Positions 1-12,202 are shown, numbered from the stretch's first letter. The stretch: DNA of 64,000 nt from an uncultured Pseudomonadota bacterium (GCA_963791155.1 CAWBRI010000020.1:75518-139517), one strand, 5' to 3'. Notes: a model not told the origin generated them from the sequence alone. Numbers and translations are program-made.

Positions 1-469
1 TCATGACGGGATGTGCCGCCATACCGGTCGCTTCGGCGGCGAGCCGGGCGAGGAATTCGGTGTGGCCGGGCTCGGCGAAGCCGGACTGGTAAAGCACGTT
101 CTTGGCGACCGGATTGGTCACGACGGCGCCCGCCTCGCCCGCCAGCACGTCGGCGACCGCGCGGCGGATCGCCGCGATCGCGGCCGGAGCGCTCGAGCGG
201 TCGGGGCGGCCGGGCTCGGCGGCGATCGCAATGTCGAGCTCCACCACCGGGAGCGCGGTCGCGAAGACGGCGGCGGCCTCGCTCGGCGCGACTGATCGCA
301 TCGGAAGCGATACGCCGAGCCGCTCCGCCCGGCGGGCGAGGAATGCCGTATCGGCGACCAGATAGAACGGCGGCAGCGAAAGCTCGGCGCGGCGTCGCCA
401 CGCGGCGATCGCGATGTCCGGTCCGATTCCGGCGGGCTCGCCGAGGGTAAGCGCCAAAACTCGCGGCAC
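1..469 (-). CDS. pdxA: 4-hydroxythreonine-4-phosphate dehydrogenase PdxA, N-terminal part only (gene runs off the window start)
   Basis: Reverse translation from the GTG at 469 reads VPRVLALTLGEPAGIGPDIAIAAWRRRAELSLPPFYLVAD, a PdxA N-terminus. There is no stop before the window edge. It lies directly downstream of surA, as in the conserved lptD-surA-pdxA arrangement. Confidence 0.85.
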   Translation of the reverse strand, partial: MPRVLALTLGEPAGIGPDIAIAAWRRRAELSLPPFYLVADTAFLARRAERLGVSLPMRSVAPSEAAAVFATALPVVELDIAIAAEPGRPDRSSAPAAIAAIRRAVADVLAGEAGAVVTNPVAKNVLYQSGFAEPGHTEFLARLAAEATGMAAHPVM

Positions 470-475
470 GGCTCG

Positions 476-1423
476 CTATTTGACCTCGATCATGGCGCCG
501 GCGCGCAGGATCTTGAGAAAGCGCTTGGACTTGGCCTGGAACTGCTCGGCGAACATCTCGTCGCGCACCTCCTTCTTGGCGGCGGCGTCGAGCCGGTTTT
601 CCTTCTTGGAGCAGAGCGCGAACATCTCAACCCCCTGCGCGGTGACCTCGGGACTGGTCAGCTTGCCGACCTCGGTATCGTCCAGGATCTTGCGCAGCGC
701 CGGGGCGAGGTCGGCGGAAGTCTTGATGATCTGATCGCGCACGGCGACGTCGCGCAAGGCGCGTGCGAAAGGCAGGCCGGTATCACAATTCTGGAAGCGG
801 GTGCGCAACGCCTCGGCGTCGCGTTTGCGGGTGTCGACCGTCCCCTCGGGCGAGCCGCTCGGCACGACGAACAGGATCGGACGCAGCTGATATTCGTATC
901 CGACCTGGCTCTTGTCGTCCTTGTTGCTGCTCTCCAGCTTCTCGGCGACGTCCTTTTCGCGGATCTGCAGGGCAGACTGGAACTTGCCGCGCACGATCTG
1001 CTGCCACGAAATGTCGGCGCGAATGCGGGACTTCAGGGTGAGGGCGTCGACACCGCCTTGCGCCAGTGCCTGGGTGAGCTGCTGGGAGGTCATATGCATG
1101 CGTTGGCCCATGGCCGCGTAGGCGGTCTCGACCTCGGCGTCGGTGACCTCGAGCTTGTAACGCTGGCCGACCTGGACCTTGAGCTTCTCGTCGATCAGTT
1201 CCTCGATGACTTCCTGGCGCGACGGTGTCTTGTGGTTCGCCATCATGGTGAACTTGGTGCGCTGCTCGATGTCGTAGGTCGTGATGGGGGAGCCGTTGAC
1301 GATCACGGCGACCTGCTGTGCGAACGCCGGCTGCGAAAGCGCGGCGGTCGCGAAGGTTACCGCAACCGCAAGGCGGCGCACGGCCGCCGACGATACCAAC
1401 TTGTCTCGCATCGGAGTGTCCAT
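476..1423 (-). CDS. surA: SurA-like periplasmic chaperone / peptidyl-prolyl isomerase family protein
   Basis: ORF 476..1672 (-). The plausible start is MDTPMRDKLVSS at 1423, followed by a signal peptide ending AFAQQ and a SurA N-domain-like sequence. It sits between lptD and pdxA. Confidence 0.8.
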   Translation of the reverse strand: MDTPMRDKLVSSAAVRRLAVAVTFATAALSQPAFAQQVAVIVNGSPITTYDIEQRTKFTMMANHKTPSRQEVIEELIDEKLKVQVGQRYKLEVTDAEVETAYAAMGQRMHMTSQQLTQALAQGGVDALTLKSRIRADISWQQIVRGKFQSALQIREKDVAEKLESSNKDDKSQVGYEYQLRPILFVVPSGSPEGTVDTRKRDAEALRTRFQNCDTGLPFARALRDVAVRDQIIKTSADLAPALRKILDDTEVGKLTSPEVTAQGVEMFALCSKKENRLDAAAKKEVRDEMFAEQFQAKSKRFLKILRAGAMIEVK

Positions 1424-1696
1424 CGCATCACGGGCTCGACCAGCCCCGATCCCTTTTTGGGTTTCGCTTGCACGGCCTCTTCTAGAGCATTTCCCGGCGC
1501 CCTGGACCCCGGTTCGCCGTCGCAAACGCGACCAAATACAGCCCCTGGAATGTCTTCCGGCTTCATCCAACCGCCGCGCGCTCCGGCCGTGCCGGCGCCC
1601 GGTTGGGTCGATCCCGCCCGAGGCCGTCGTCCTAAGCCGCAACCTTGGCAAGATTATTGCTCGAAACTTCATCTTTCCGGTGCCCGGGCCTGCGAC

Positions 1697-4165
1697 CTAT
1701 TGCAGCGCGCCCCCGCCGGTCCCGCCGAGGGTACGCAGGCTCATCTGCAGCATGACCGTGTTGTTCGCCTGGACATTGCCATTGGCGGTGAAGTCGCCGA
1801 TGTAATTCACGCTCAACATGTAGCAGTCGTCGATATACCCGAGCCCGATGCGCGTCTGGTCGAACTTGCCGGCTTCGATGTCGTAGCGCAGCCCCGTCGA
1901 GACGACCCAGTTGGGATTGATCTTGTAGGCCGTGATGGCGAGCACACCCTCGCGGCGGGTCAGGAAGCCGAGCTCGGGCTGGGCGGCGTAGTCGCCATAC
2001 ATCATCGTCAACCGCCAGCGGTCGAATGTTGCGGTACCCTCGACCTCGAGCCGCTTCAGCGTGAAGTCGTTTGAGTCGAACCGGAATCGCGACGTGAACG
2101 AGTAGATCCGATTGGGCTGGTAGGTCACGCGCGCCACATAGTCGGACCGCGTGGTGTCGAGGCCGCTGTCCAGGCCGGTGTTGGTCGCGTCGCCGACCGC
2201 GAAGGAGTTGGTGCCGAACAACTGATAGGACTGGCCGAACAAGGCGCTGACATAGCCGCCGCGATTGAATTGCGCGGTGTATTGAAGGCCCACATTGGCG
2301 CGTCCGCCGCCCTCGACCCGGTCATAGCCGGAGAACTTGTCGACCTTGAACAGATTGCTGTCGTCGAACACGAGGCTCTGCGCATCCTCGTTCGGCAACC
2401 GGCCGATGTTCGGCTCGTTGGGGCGCACGATGAGCTGTGCGATCGGCTCGATCGTCTGCGTTCCCCACGCCTGCACGCCGATGAAGGGATAGCGGTATTC
2501 GACTCCGATGGTCGGCATGACGCGCAACTCGTCGGTCGTGCCGGTCTGGATGTAGTTCGAGACGCCGACCTGGTTCATGACCGAGGCCTGCGCCGCGTCG
2601 ACGCGCACCGACGCGAACGGCGTGAATACCTGGCCGAAGGCGTCGATGAATTGCCGCCGCCAGCTGGCTTCCGAGGTGAAGCGCGTATAGGTGCCGGGAA
2701 CCCCGCGCAAAAGACAATTCGCCGGCACCTTGACGGCCGGGTCGGCGGAAGCGGTCGTGCACAGGCCATTGGTCACCGCCGCATTGCTGATGGCGTCGTA
2801 GCTCGCCAGGTCGCGCGACAAGCTCGTAAAATTCGCCTTGACGGTGACCTCGCCGCCGAACACCCGCTGGTCGAAAGTCTTGGTGTAGTCGATGACCGGC
2901 AGGATGACCGGAAGCTGGCCCTGAACGTCGGCGGTCGAGAAACCGTAGAAGTACATGGTGCGCGCTTCGAAATAGCTGCGCTCGCCGCGTCCGGCGAGCC
3001 ACAGCTGCGACACGCCCTCGGTCAGCGCGGCCCCGAACGGGTCCGGATTGCGCGCCTGAAGCGACTGGATCTTGTAGTCCGAGAGGAAGGTCGCGTCCGT
3101 CACTGCGATCGCGTCCCAACCCCACGACCAGTTGGACGAAAGATTGAACTTGCCGGTGGATTCGATGCTGCCGCGAAAATCACGAAAACCCGGTGTCGGG
3201 TTGGCACCGCCGAAATAATTCTTGTCGAGCTGCCAGATGCCGGCGCCGCGGATGGAGTAGTAGCCGTCTTCCAGACGGTGGCGGAATTCACCTTGCAGCA
3301 ACGGCCCCTGGCTGGTGGTGAAGCGCGGCGAGATCGTCAGGTCGTAGTTGGGCGCCAGCGCGAAGTAATACGGCGTTTCCAACGCGAATCCGTACACCGT
3401 CGAGGTGGAGAAGATCGGCATCAGGACGCCGGTCTTGCGCTTCACCGTCGGGTCCGGCGTCGGCCAGATAGGGGAAATAGCCGAGCGGAACGCCGAAGAA
3501 CTCGAGCCGTGCATCCTCGAAATAGATCATCCGCTCGACCTGATTGTGGATGATGCGCGCGGCCTTGACCTGCCACAGCGGCGGCTTCTTTGGGTCGTCC
3601 TTGCAGGCTTCGCAGGCGGTGTAGACGCCGCTCTCGAACACCGTGAAGTTGCCCCTCGCTGCGATTGGCGCGCGCGGCCGCCAGGCGGGTGTCGTCGACG
3701 GTCTCCAGGCGCAGCGAGTCGATGAAGCCGTCGCGGTAGTCGTCGGTGAAGTCGATGATCTCGCCGTAGGTGATCTTGCCGTCGGCCTCGGTCAGGCGGG
3801 CATTGCCTTCGGCTCGCAGCCGCTTGGTCTTCTGGTCGTAGACGACCCGGTCGGCCTCGATCGTCGCGCCGTTGTAATAGATCTGGACGTTGCCGACCGC
3901 GGCGACCTGGTTGTTGGCGGTAGTCGTAGTTGATCTCGTCCGCCTTCACGAGCATCTGCGCGTCGCCCTTGTCGCTCTTCTTGAGGAGCGAGGGCCCGGG
4001 CTTGCTCGTGGGGCGGATCTGCTGCTTGAAGGTGAGGAAATCCGTTTGCGCAGCGGCCGGCTGCGACACCGCAAGGCACGCGCAGGCAGCCGCCATCGCG
4101 GCCGCGAGCATGGCGAGCCACGCGCGGAGAAACATTGGCGGACGAGGGCTGGTCGAACCGGCCAT
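1697..4165 (-). pseudogene. lptD: LPS-assembly outer membrane protein LptD, interrupted by about 3 single-base frameshifts as sequenced
   Basis: Reverse-frame pieces (ORFs 3527..4231, 3288..3641, 1697..3514 and an unlisted frame about 3655..3905) join into one LptD. Elements are a signal peptide (MFLRAWLAMLAAAMAAACA), the N-domain (KADEINYDY / NNQVAAVGNVQIYYNGATIEADRVVYDQKTKRLRAEGNARL), the PDPTVKRKTGVLMP motif and a long barrel. Frame changes lie near 3915, at the C4 run 3652..3655 and near 3475. The ATG at 4165 overlaps the lptG stop. Confidence 0.85.
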
Positions 4166-5261
4166 CACCCGTCCTCCTGGTACAGCAACGCCACGAGACC
4201 CGTCAGTCCCCCGACAAAGACCGGGAGCCAAGCCGCCGCTGCCGGATGCATCAGCTCGGCCTTGCTCAGGTCCTCGGTCACCTTGGACAGAACATAAAGC
4301 AGAAAGCCGGCTCCGATGCCACTCAAAATCATCTTTTGTACGCCGCCGAAACGAAAGAATCGCAAAGAAACGGCGGCCGCCAGCAGGACCATGGAGGCAA
4401 GTATAAACGGGCGAGCCAGCAGCTTCTGGTATTGTAATCGGTAACCGGCGGCGCCTAGTCCGGAGTGATCCGCGATCTCGATATACAGGGGAAGATCCCA
4501 GAACGGCACCGTCTCGGGCGTGGCAAAGCTTTCGCGAACCTGTTCGGCATTCAGGCTGGTCTTGAGAAGATATTCGGCGCGGTCACTCGGCGGGGCGTTA
4601 TTCGAGTAGATCCGGGCCTCGTTCAGCCGCCAGAAGCCCGGCCCCCAACACGGCGGTATTGGCCTCGATTCGCTGCAGGAAATGACCCTCTGGGTCGAAC
4701 GTGAATACCGTCACGCCGCCGAGGCGAACGCCCTGCTCGGTGCTGGTCAACGCATTGACGATGGACTGGCCGTCGTCATTGCGCTGGCGCACCCAGAAGC
4801 CGCTGCCGGTGCTCTGAATTCCGGATTGCGCGATTTCCCCCGAGGAATTCCACCTCGAGACGTTTCGATCGCTCCTGCAGTGCGGCCGCGATCGGGTTGT
4901 AGACAAGGGTCGCAAAGACGCCGAGCACGAGCGCCACGATCAGCGCCGGGGCGACGAACTGCCAGGCCGACATGCCGGCCGCGCGCGCCACCACGAGCTC
5001 GAGCCGGCGCGACAGATTGAGATAGCAGGACATGGCTGCGATCAGCACCGAGAACGGCATGACGCGCTCGGCGATCTGCGGCACACGGAAGAGCGAGGTC
5101 TGTGCCACCACCGATGCCGGAATGAAGGGCATGCCCGAGGTCTTGCGCATCATCTCGATGTAGTCGACCAGCGCCACCAGCGCGAGAATTCCGAGGAACA
5201 CCAGGATCGCCTGGATGAGGAAGCGCATGCCGAAATAACGTGAAAGCGTGCCGCCCATCAT
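4165..5261 (-). pseudogene. lptG: LPS export ABC permease LptG, 2 frameshifts as sequenced
   Basis: The N-part (ORF 4776..5285, MMGGTLSRYFGMRFL...), middle (4598..4915) and C-part (4165..4509, ...LLYQEDG) form one YjgP/YjgQ-family permease. The frame changes coincide with C5 runs at 4837..4841 and 4642..4646. Confidence 0.85.
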
Positions 5262-5271
5262 GGTGTCGGCC

Positions 5272-6436
5272 TCACGTGGTCGCAAACCGGCGCGCCAGGC
5301 GCTCGGTGACGGCGGCGGCCGCCCGCACCATGAAGGCGGGCGGCTCGATGATGGCGCCCTGCGAGATGGCGGTGAGGCCGAGCCCGGTCGCGAGCGCCGC
5401 CGCCACGTATTGGAACATCAACGCGATCGGATGCTTGATGCCGAAAACCATGCTGGCAAAACCGATCATGCGCAGCGCCAAGACGCCTCCGACGGCGGAG
5501 ACGACCGACCAGGTCCGGCTTTGCCGCGTCGTCCGCGGCGCGCCCAGATAGGCGTAGGTGACGATCATGAAAACGAGCGGATAGAGCGGCGCCACGAGGC
5601 GGTCGTGCATCTCGGCGCGGAGCTGGCCGGGTTCCTTGAACAGCTCGGAATCGCTGAGGTCGGGCCACAGCAGCTCCCAACTGTAGCGTTCACGCACGGA
5701 ATAAGTAATGGTCGCCTGCTGACTACCGGCCATCCGCGACAGATCGAAGGCGTAACGGTCGAACAGCACGATGGTCGGATCGCGGTCGTCGCTCGGATGG
5801 CGCTGCACGCTGCCGGTCTGCAGGAACAGGAAGGTGCCCTGGTTGTTCTGAACGATCTGGCCCTGCTCGGCCAGGATCGTGGACTGCTCCTTGGGGTCGC
5901 GCCGGTCGTCGACGAAAATGCCGAGCAGCTGACCGTCGGGTTGCCGCTCTCGGATATGGAAGGTGAGCCCGCGCTCGAGCGAGATGAAGCGGCCAGGCTG
6001 CACGATATTGGCGACGAAATCCGCCCGTACCTCGGCCGCGAGACGGCGCAGCTCGCGCAGGCATTTGGGCGACACGATAGGCGCTGAACGTCAGCACCAG
6101 GACGAAAACGACGCCGGCGACCGCCATGAACGAGCTGAACAGCTTCCACGGCGACATGCCGGCGGCATTCATCACGATGAGCTCGGAATCGGTGGCGAGC
6201 TTGTTGAGCACGTGCGCGGCCGCGATCACGAGCGCGATCGGCGCGATGATGAGAATGAGCTGGGGAATCACCAGGGATGTGATGCTGATGAAGACCAGGA
6301 CGGTCTGGCCTTGGCTGGTCATCAGGTCGATGTCGCGCAACGCGGTGGCAAGCCAGATCACCGCCGTGAGGCTGATCAGAATCAGCACAAACGCGCCCAG
6401 GGTGGTGCGGAAAATATACCAGCCGATAGACCCCAT
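5272..6436 (-). pseudogene. lptF: LPS export ABC permease LptF, 1 frameshift as sequenced
   Basis: ORFs 5723..6436 (MGSIGWYIFRTTLGAFVLIL...) and 5272..6075 (VSPKCLRELRRLAAEVRADF...) join into one YjgP/YjgQ permease. The frame change is near 6078. Confidence 0.85.
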
Positions 6437-6717
6437 CGCGTTACGCGTCCCCCGCTGACGGCTGGCCGGCCATCAGCCCTACGTGACTTGACCCGCGACC
6501 CGCACCCCTGCGGAGCCGCTACCCCGTTTGAGGAGTTTCCTCGACAAAATGGCCGCCACAAGGCAAAGTCGTTGAAATTCCACAGATAATGGTTAAACTC
6601 CGGTCACTTTTCCGGACCCGCCGGTAGGGCTATGCGGCGCGTCCCATCCGGGCCATAAAAGGGCCCCGAGAAACCCCGAATTCCAGATCCGCACCACCCC
6701 GATCGAGAGGACCTGTC

Positions 6718-8214
6718 ATGGCCGACGGCCCGACTGTTGGATTTGCCCCGTTCGCGACGCCCTCGGAAGGCGTTCTCGTCGTGTTCTGCGACGACGCGCT
6801 GAGGCTGGGCCCTGCCACGCGCCGCCTGCTCGGGCCGGCCGCCGCCCTGGTCGCACGCGCAGGCGCCGCCGACCGGTTCAAAGGCAAGCGCGGGACCTCG
6901 CTCGACCTGGTGGCGCCGGCCGATCTCAAGCTGGCGCGGCTGGTCGTCGTGGGGTGCGGCAAGCCGGACGACATGAAGCGCAGGGACTTCGTCAAGCTCG
7001 GCGGCGTCGCGATGGGCAAGGTGCCGTCGCGGGCCGCGACCGCGACCTTGGTGGCCGAGCTTCCCGGCAGGGCGATGTCGGCTGAGCAGGCGGGCGCGCT
7101 CGCGCTCGGCGTGCGGCTGCGCGGCTACGCGTTCGATCGCTACAAGACCAAGCACAAGGACGATGACGAGAAGCCGCGCACCGTCAAAGTCGTGATCGGC
7201 GTCGCCGACGTGGCGCGTGCGCGCGCGGCCTGGAGCGCCAGGGGAGGGCTCGCGGACGCCGTCGTGCTCGCCCGCGACCTCATCAACGAGCCGGCCAATG
7301 TGCTGTTTCCGGTGGAGTTCGCTCGCCGGGCAGGCGCGCTCAAACGGCTCGGCGTCGGCGTCGACGTGCTCGACGATGCGGCGATGAGGCGCCTCGGCAT
7401 GAACGCGCTGCTCGGCGTCGGCCAGGGATCGGCGCATGACAGCCGGGTCGTCGTGATGCGCTGGAACGGCGGCAAGCGCGACGCCGCGCCGGTCGCGTTC
7501 ATCGGCAAGGGCGTGTGCTTCGACACCGGCGGCATCTCGATCAAGCCGGCGGCCGGCATGGAGGACATGAAAGGCGACATGGCGGGCGCGGCCTGCGTGG
7601 TCGGGCTCATGCAGGCGCTCGCGGCCCGCAAGGCCAAGGTCAATGCGATCGGCGCGATCGGGCTGGTGGAGAACATGCCCGACGGCAAGGCGCAGCGGCC
7701 GGGCGACATCGTCAAGACCATGTCCGGCCAGACCATCGAGATCATCAACACCGACGCCGAGGGCCGCCTCGTGCTGGCCGACGTGCTGCACTACGTCAAC
7801 ACCAAGTACAAGCCGAAATTCATGATCGATCTCGCGACCCTGACGGGCGCCATCATGGTGGCGCTCGGGCAGGAATATGCCGGCATGTTCGCCAATGACG
7901 ACAAGCTGGCGGAGCGGCTCGCCAAGGCGGGCGAAGCAACCGGCGAGCGGGTCTGGCGCATGCCGCTCGGGGCCGAATACGACAAGATGATCGATTCCAA
8001 GTTCGCCGACATGAAGAACACCGGCGGGCGGTGGGGCGGCGCCATCACGGCGGCGCAACTGTTGCAGCGCTTCGTGGGCAAGACGCCGTGGGCCCATCTC
8101 GATATCGCCGGCACCGCGCTCGGCTCGCCGCAGACCGACATCAACAAGAGCTGGAGCGCCGGCTGGGGCGTGCAGCTGTTGGATCGGCTGGTGGAGGATT
8201 ATTACGAGCGGTGA
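6718..8214 (+). CDS. pepA: leucyl aminopeptidase (M17)
   Basis: Intact 498-aa ORF carrying the M17 signatures [12 protein letters not shown] and [15 protein letters not shown]. Confidence 0.95.
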   Translation: MADGPTVGFAPFATPSEGVLVVFCDDALRLGPATRRLLGPAAALVARAGAADRFKGKRGTSLDLVAPADLKLARLVVVGCGKPDDMKRRDFVKLGGVAMGKVPSRAATATLVAELPGRAMSAEQAGALALGVRLRGYAFDRYKTKHKDDDEKPRTVKVVIGVADVARARAAWSARGGLADAVVLARDLINEPANVLFPVEFARRAGALKRLGVGVDVLDDAAMRRLGMNALLGVGQGSAHDSRVVVMRWNGGKRDAAPVAFIGKGVCFDTGGISIKPAAGMEDMKGDMAGAACVVGLMQALAARKAKVNAIGAIGLVENMPDGKAQRPGDIVKTMSGQTIEIINTDAEGRLVLADVLHYVNTKYKPKFMIDLATLTGAIMVALGQEYAGMFANDDKLAERLAKAGEATGERVWRMPLGAEYDKMIDSKFADMKNTGGRWGGAITAAQLLQRFVGKTPWAHLDIAGTALGSPQTDINKSWSAGWGVQLLDRLVEDYYER

Positions 8215-8247
8215 TCTTCCGCGCGGCCACCGGTAGCGGGACGTCCT

Positions 8248-8700
8248 ATGACCGAGGTGCTGTTCTACCATCTGCAAGGCCAGCCGCTCGAACGGGTGCT
8301 TCCGACCTTGCTCGAGCGCTCGCTCGATCGCGGGTGGCGCGTCGTCGTCCAGTCGTCTTCGGAAGAGCGGGTCGAGGCGCTCGACGCGCAACTGTGGACG
8401 TTTCGTGAGGACAGCTTCCTGCCGCACGGAACCCACAAGGAGGCGACCGCGGCCGACCAGCCGATCCTGATCACCGTCAAGGACGACAATCCGAACGGCG
8501 CCGTCGTGCGCTTTCTGATCGACGGCGCCGCGCTGCCGGCCGATGCCAAAACCTATCAGCGCATCGTGCTGATGTTCGACGGCACCGACGACGACGCGGT
8601 GGCGGATGCGCGCACGCGCTGGGCTGCGGCGAAGGCTGAGGGTTTCGAGGCAACCTACTGGCAGGCGGACGAAAACGGACGTTGGATCAAAAAGGCATGA
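8248..8700 (+). CDS. holC: DNA polymerase III chi subunit
   Basis: 150-aa ORF (MTEVLFYHLQGQPLERVLP...) typical of the chi subunit, in the conserved pepA-holC pairing. Confidence 0.9.
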   Translation: MTEVLFYHLQGQPLERVLPTLLERSLDRGWRVVVQSSSEERVEALDAQLWTFREDSFLPHGTHKEATAADQPILITVKDDNPNGAVVRFLIDGAALPADAKTYQRIVLMFDGTDDDAVADARTRWAAAKAEGFEATYWQADENGRWIKKA

Positions 8701-8870
8701 AGCGTTTTTCCGGTGGCGTGGCGACGGGGCGTCGACGCCCGCGTTACCGTTGCGTTAACCATGATTTCCCAGGCCCGGCGGCCGTTTGTACCGGCATTGC
8801 TGGCAGCTTCCGCGGGGAGGCAAAATCCGCCCAATTTGAGCCGCATGAGAGGTCTTGATAGGGTATCGGG

Positions 8871-9455
8871 ATGGATCCACTGATGCGTCAAACGTTCAAC
8901 CGAGTCTTGCGCGGGGGATTGCTCGCGGCGACGGCCGCGCTCGCGGCCTGCTCGTCCTCGTTGCCCGATTTTTCCCAATTCAAGCTGCCCAGCGCACGCA
9001 CGCTTCTGCCGTCCAATTCGGACACCTACGTGCCGCCGGCGTCGGCGCGGGCCTCCAGGCCGGTCGGGCCGCAGGATCTCGTGGACGGGCAGGGGCTGTG
9101 CCCCGGCATGGCGACCGGCGCCGAGGTTGCGGCCGGCTCCGACGCGGCGGCAGGCGCAACACCGCCGCGGCCGGCCGTGCCGGGCGCGGTCGGTCTCGAC
9201 ATGAGCGAATGCGAGGTCGTGCGCGCGGCCGGCCAGCCGCAGATGGTCGATATCGGCAAGAATGAGCGCGGCGATCGCAAGGTAACCATGACCTATGCGA
9301 ACAGCGAGCGCGCCGGGACCTACGAGTTCGTATCCGGCCGCCTGACCTCGCTCGAGCGCGGGCCCGAGCCGCCTCCGCCGCCGAAGCCGGAGAAGCCCGC
9401 GAAAAAGAAGCCGGCGACCGCCAGGCAGCAAACCAACAAGCAGCCCGCCACCTGA
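8871..9455 (+). CDS. hypothetical lipoprotein with a Pro/Lys-rich C-terminus
   Basis: 194-aa ORF with the lipobox context LLAATAALAACSSS. No family recognised. Confidence 0.6.
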   Translation: MDPLMRQTFNRVLRGGLLAATAALAACSSSLPDFSQFKLPSARTLLPSNSDTYVPPASARASRPVGPQDLVDGQGLCPGMATGAEVAAGSDAAAGATPPRPAVPGAVGLDMSECEVVRAAGQPQMVDIGKNERGDRKVTMTYANSERAGTYEFVSGRLTSLERGPEPPPPPKPEKPAKKKPATARQQTNKQPAT

Positions 9456-9591
9456 GCGGCGCCGTGCCCGGCATGGCGACGATCCGGGTTGTGAGGTAGC
9501 CCCAAGATGGCGGATGAGCCGTGGCGGCGCCATATTGGTCATGAAGGTTCGCACCACACCACGCACTTTTGGGCCACGGGACCCTGGTTTG

Positions 9592-11178
9592 ATGACCAAC
9601 CTGCGTTTTGACACCGCGCGTTTTCCGTTCCGCTGCGCGCGTGGCGCCGCGCTCGCGCTGGCGCTCATCGGTGCGAACATCGGCACCGCCGGCGCGCCCG
9701 CATGGGCGCAACGCGCCCAGCGCGTCGAACAGCCGGCAGCACAAGCGGGCGACGGCCAGCCGTCACGCCGCGCGCCGGCGCAGCGCCAGCTCCCGGCCGA
9801 CCAGACCACCGATCAGGCGGTCGAGCTTCCTGGACGCACCCTGCGCTTCAAGGCCACTGCGGGCTCGATTCCGCTCAACGACGGCGAGGGCGCGTTGCAG
9901 GCCGAGGTCGCCTATGTGGCCTATGTGATGGCAGGCGACGCGAAGCGGCCGGTCACGTTCGTGTTCAACGGCGGACCGGGCGCGGCCTCGGCCTATCTCG
10001 ATCTCGGCGCGATCGGCCCGTGGCGGCTCCCGCTCGATCGCCTCGCGGTGTCGATCCCGCCGGTGCTGCAGCCGAACCAGGAGACCTGGCTCGACTTCAC
10101 CGATCTCGTCTTCATCGATCCGCCGGGCACCGGCTACAGCCGGATCGCGGCGAGCGGCGACGACGCCCGCGGACAGTTCTGGTCGATCGACGGCGACGCC
10201 GAGGCGCTCGCGGTCTTCATCCGCAAGTGGATCGAGCAGGCCGGACGGCAGGCGTCGGTCAAGTTCATCGCCGGCGAGAGCTACGGCGGCTTTCGCGCGC
10301 CGAAAGTCGCGCACACGCTGCAGGGACAGGGCGTCGGCATTCGCGGCCTGGTGATGATCTCGCCGGTCATCGACTTCGGGAGCTTCGGCGAGCGGCGGCA
10401 TGCGCCGATGTCGTGGGTCGCGCATCTGCCGTCGATGGCGGCGGCGGCGCTCGATCGCGGGGGCAAATTCGACCGCGAGGCCTTGCGCGAGGTCGAGCGC
10501 TACGCGGCGGGCGACTATCTGCTCGACCTCCTCAAGGGCGAGCGTGATGCCGCCGCGGTCGCGCGCGTCAGCGTGCGAGTCGCGGCCCTGACGGGACTCG
10601 ATCCCGCGCTGGTGAAGCGGCTCGCCGGCCGGATCGACACCGGCACGTTCCAACGCGAGCTTCATCGTCAGCAAGGGCTCGTCGGCAGCGCCTATGACCC
10701 GAACATCACGGCGTACGATCCCTATCCGACCTCGCCGAACTCGCATTTTTCCGACCCGGTGCTCGACGACACGCGCGCGCCGATCACCACTGCGATGACC
10801 GATCTCTATCAGCATGTGCTCAATTGGCGGGTCGACCAGCCGTATCACCTGCTCAACCGCGAAGTGGGCTCGCGCTGGAACTGGGGGCGTGGGCGCGCCG
10901 CTCCCGAAGCGGTCGACGATCTGCGCAATGACCTGGCGAACGATCCGCTGGTGCGCGTCCTGGTCGCACACGGCGCGAACGATCTCGTCACGCCCTATTT
11001 CGGAAACCAGCTGCTGCTCGACCAGCTCCCGGTCTATGGCTCGGCCGAGCGCGTCAAGCTCGCGGTCTATGGCGGCGGTCACATGTTCTACAACCGCGAG
11101 GCCTCGCGTCGGGCGTTGCACGACGACGCCGCGGCGATGTTTCGCGCTGCCACGAAGGCTGGGGAGACGGTGGAGTAG
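9592..11178 (+). CDS. secreted serine carboxypeptidase, peptidase S10 family
   Basis: ORF 9514..11178. The likely start is MTNLRFDT at 9592, with a signal peptide ending APAWAQ. The catalytic-serine context is FIAGESYGGFRAP. Confidence 0.75.
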   Translation: MTNLRFDTARFPFRCARGAALALALIGANIGTAGAPAWAQRAQRVEQPAAQAGDGQPSRRAPAQRQLPADQTTDQAVELPGRTLRFKATAGSIPLNDGEGALQAEVAYVAYVMAGDAKRPVTFVFNGGPGAASAYLDLGAIGPWRLPLDRLAVSIPPVLQPNQETWLDFTDLVFIDPPGTGYSRIAASGDDARGQFWSIDGDAEALAVFIRKWIEQAGRQASVKFIAGESYGGFRAPKVAHTLQGQGVGIRGLVMISPVIDFGSFGERRHAPMSWVAHLPSMAAAALDRGGKFDREALREVERYAAGDYLLDLLKGERDAAAVARVSVRVAALTGLDPALVKRLAGRIDTGTFQRELHRQQGLVGSAYDPNITAYDPYPTSPNSHFSDPVLDDTRAPITTAMTDLYQHVLNWRVDQPYHLLNREVGSRWNWGRGRAAPEAVDDLRNDLANDPLVRVLVAHGANDLVTPYFGNQLLLDQLPVYGSAERVKLAVYGGGHMFYNREASRRALHDDAAAMFRAATKAGETVE

Positions 11179-11249
11179 CGGGCGGCGGTTCGACGTGCGC
11201 AAGCGCACGGCGGCGACGACAGCGACGCGTTGATTGGCCGGGAGAACGC

Positions 11250-12202
11250 ATGACCCCCAGCTCTCGCACCGAATCCTGGCCGGATCTTCCCTACAAGGCC
11301 TGGGCGGAGACCTGCGCGACGCTTCATCTGTGGACGCAGATCGTCGGCAAGATCCGGCTCGCCTTCACGCCCTGGCTCAATCACTCTTGGCACGTGCCGC
11401 TGTATGTCACCGCGCGCGGTCTGACCACCTCGCCGATTCCCTATGAGGGCCGCTCGTTCGAGATCGATTTCGATTTCAACCATCACGTGCTCGACATCGT
11501 GGTGAGCGACGGTGGCCGCCGGCGGATCGCGCTGGAACCGCGGCCGGTCGCGGAGTTTTACGCGATGGTGATCTCGGCGCTCGGCGAGCTCGGCATCCGG
11601 GTCCGGATCAAGGAATTGCCGTGCGAAATCGCGGGAGCTGTCCGGTTCACCCAAGACCGGATGCACGCCGCCTATGACGCCGAGTATGCCCAGCGGTTCT
11701 GGCGCGTGCTGCTCAACGCGGATCGAATCCTGAAGCAGTTCCGCACCGGCTTCATCGGCAAGAGCAGCCCGGTTCATTTCTTCTGGGGGAGCTTCGACAT
11801 CGCGGTAACGCGCTTTTCCGGCCGGCGGGCTCCGCCGCACCCGGGCGGCGCCCCGGGACTTTCCGATGCGGTGATGCGTGAAGCCTATTCCCACGAGGTG
11901 AGCAGCGCGGGATTCTGGCCGGGCGGCGGTGGCATCGACTATGCGGCGTTCTATTCCTATGCCTATCCGGAACCCGCCGGCTTCCGGACATCCGCCGTCC
12001 AGCCCGATGGCGCTTTCTTCAGCGAGGCGATCGGCGAGTTTCTGCTGCCTTACGATGCCGTGCGCGCCGCGCCAGATCCAGATGCGGCGCTGCTGACGTT
12101 TCTCCAAAGCACCTACGCGGCCGCTGCCGATGCGGGAACTGGGACCGCGCCGCGCTCGAATGCGGACCCGGTCTTCCGGGCATTCCGCGAGCGGTTGGCT
12201 GA
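11250..12202 (+). pseudogene. DUF5996-family protein, 1 frameshift near the 3' end as sequenced
   Basis: The first ~295 codons of ORF 11250..14267 look like DUF5996 (LHLWTQIVGKIRL, FFWGSFD). The expected C-terminus NWDRAALECGPGLPGIPRAVG-stop (stop at 12200..12202) is in another frame, which implies a shift near 12135. The rest of the 1005-aa ORF is antisense to the ABC-F gene. Confidence 0.6.

Noticed and set aside
1697-6436. Real inactivation or programmed frameshifting of lptD, lptG and lptF
   Set aside because: These genes are essential. There are six separate shifts, several at C4/C5 runs. There are no slippery-heptamer or pseudoknot features, and the peptide is perfectly conserved on both sides. 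This points to indel miscalls, not biology.
6604-8436. 610-aa minus-strand ORF opposite pepA. Similar long antisense ORFs lie at 9763..11208, 14576..15832, 21456..22877, 27536..28963, 28582..29871, 30239..31495 and 36672..37946.
   Set aside because: Each overlaps a well-supported gene on the other strand and has Arg/Gly/Ala/Pro-dominated composition. These are high-GC antisense artefacts.
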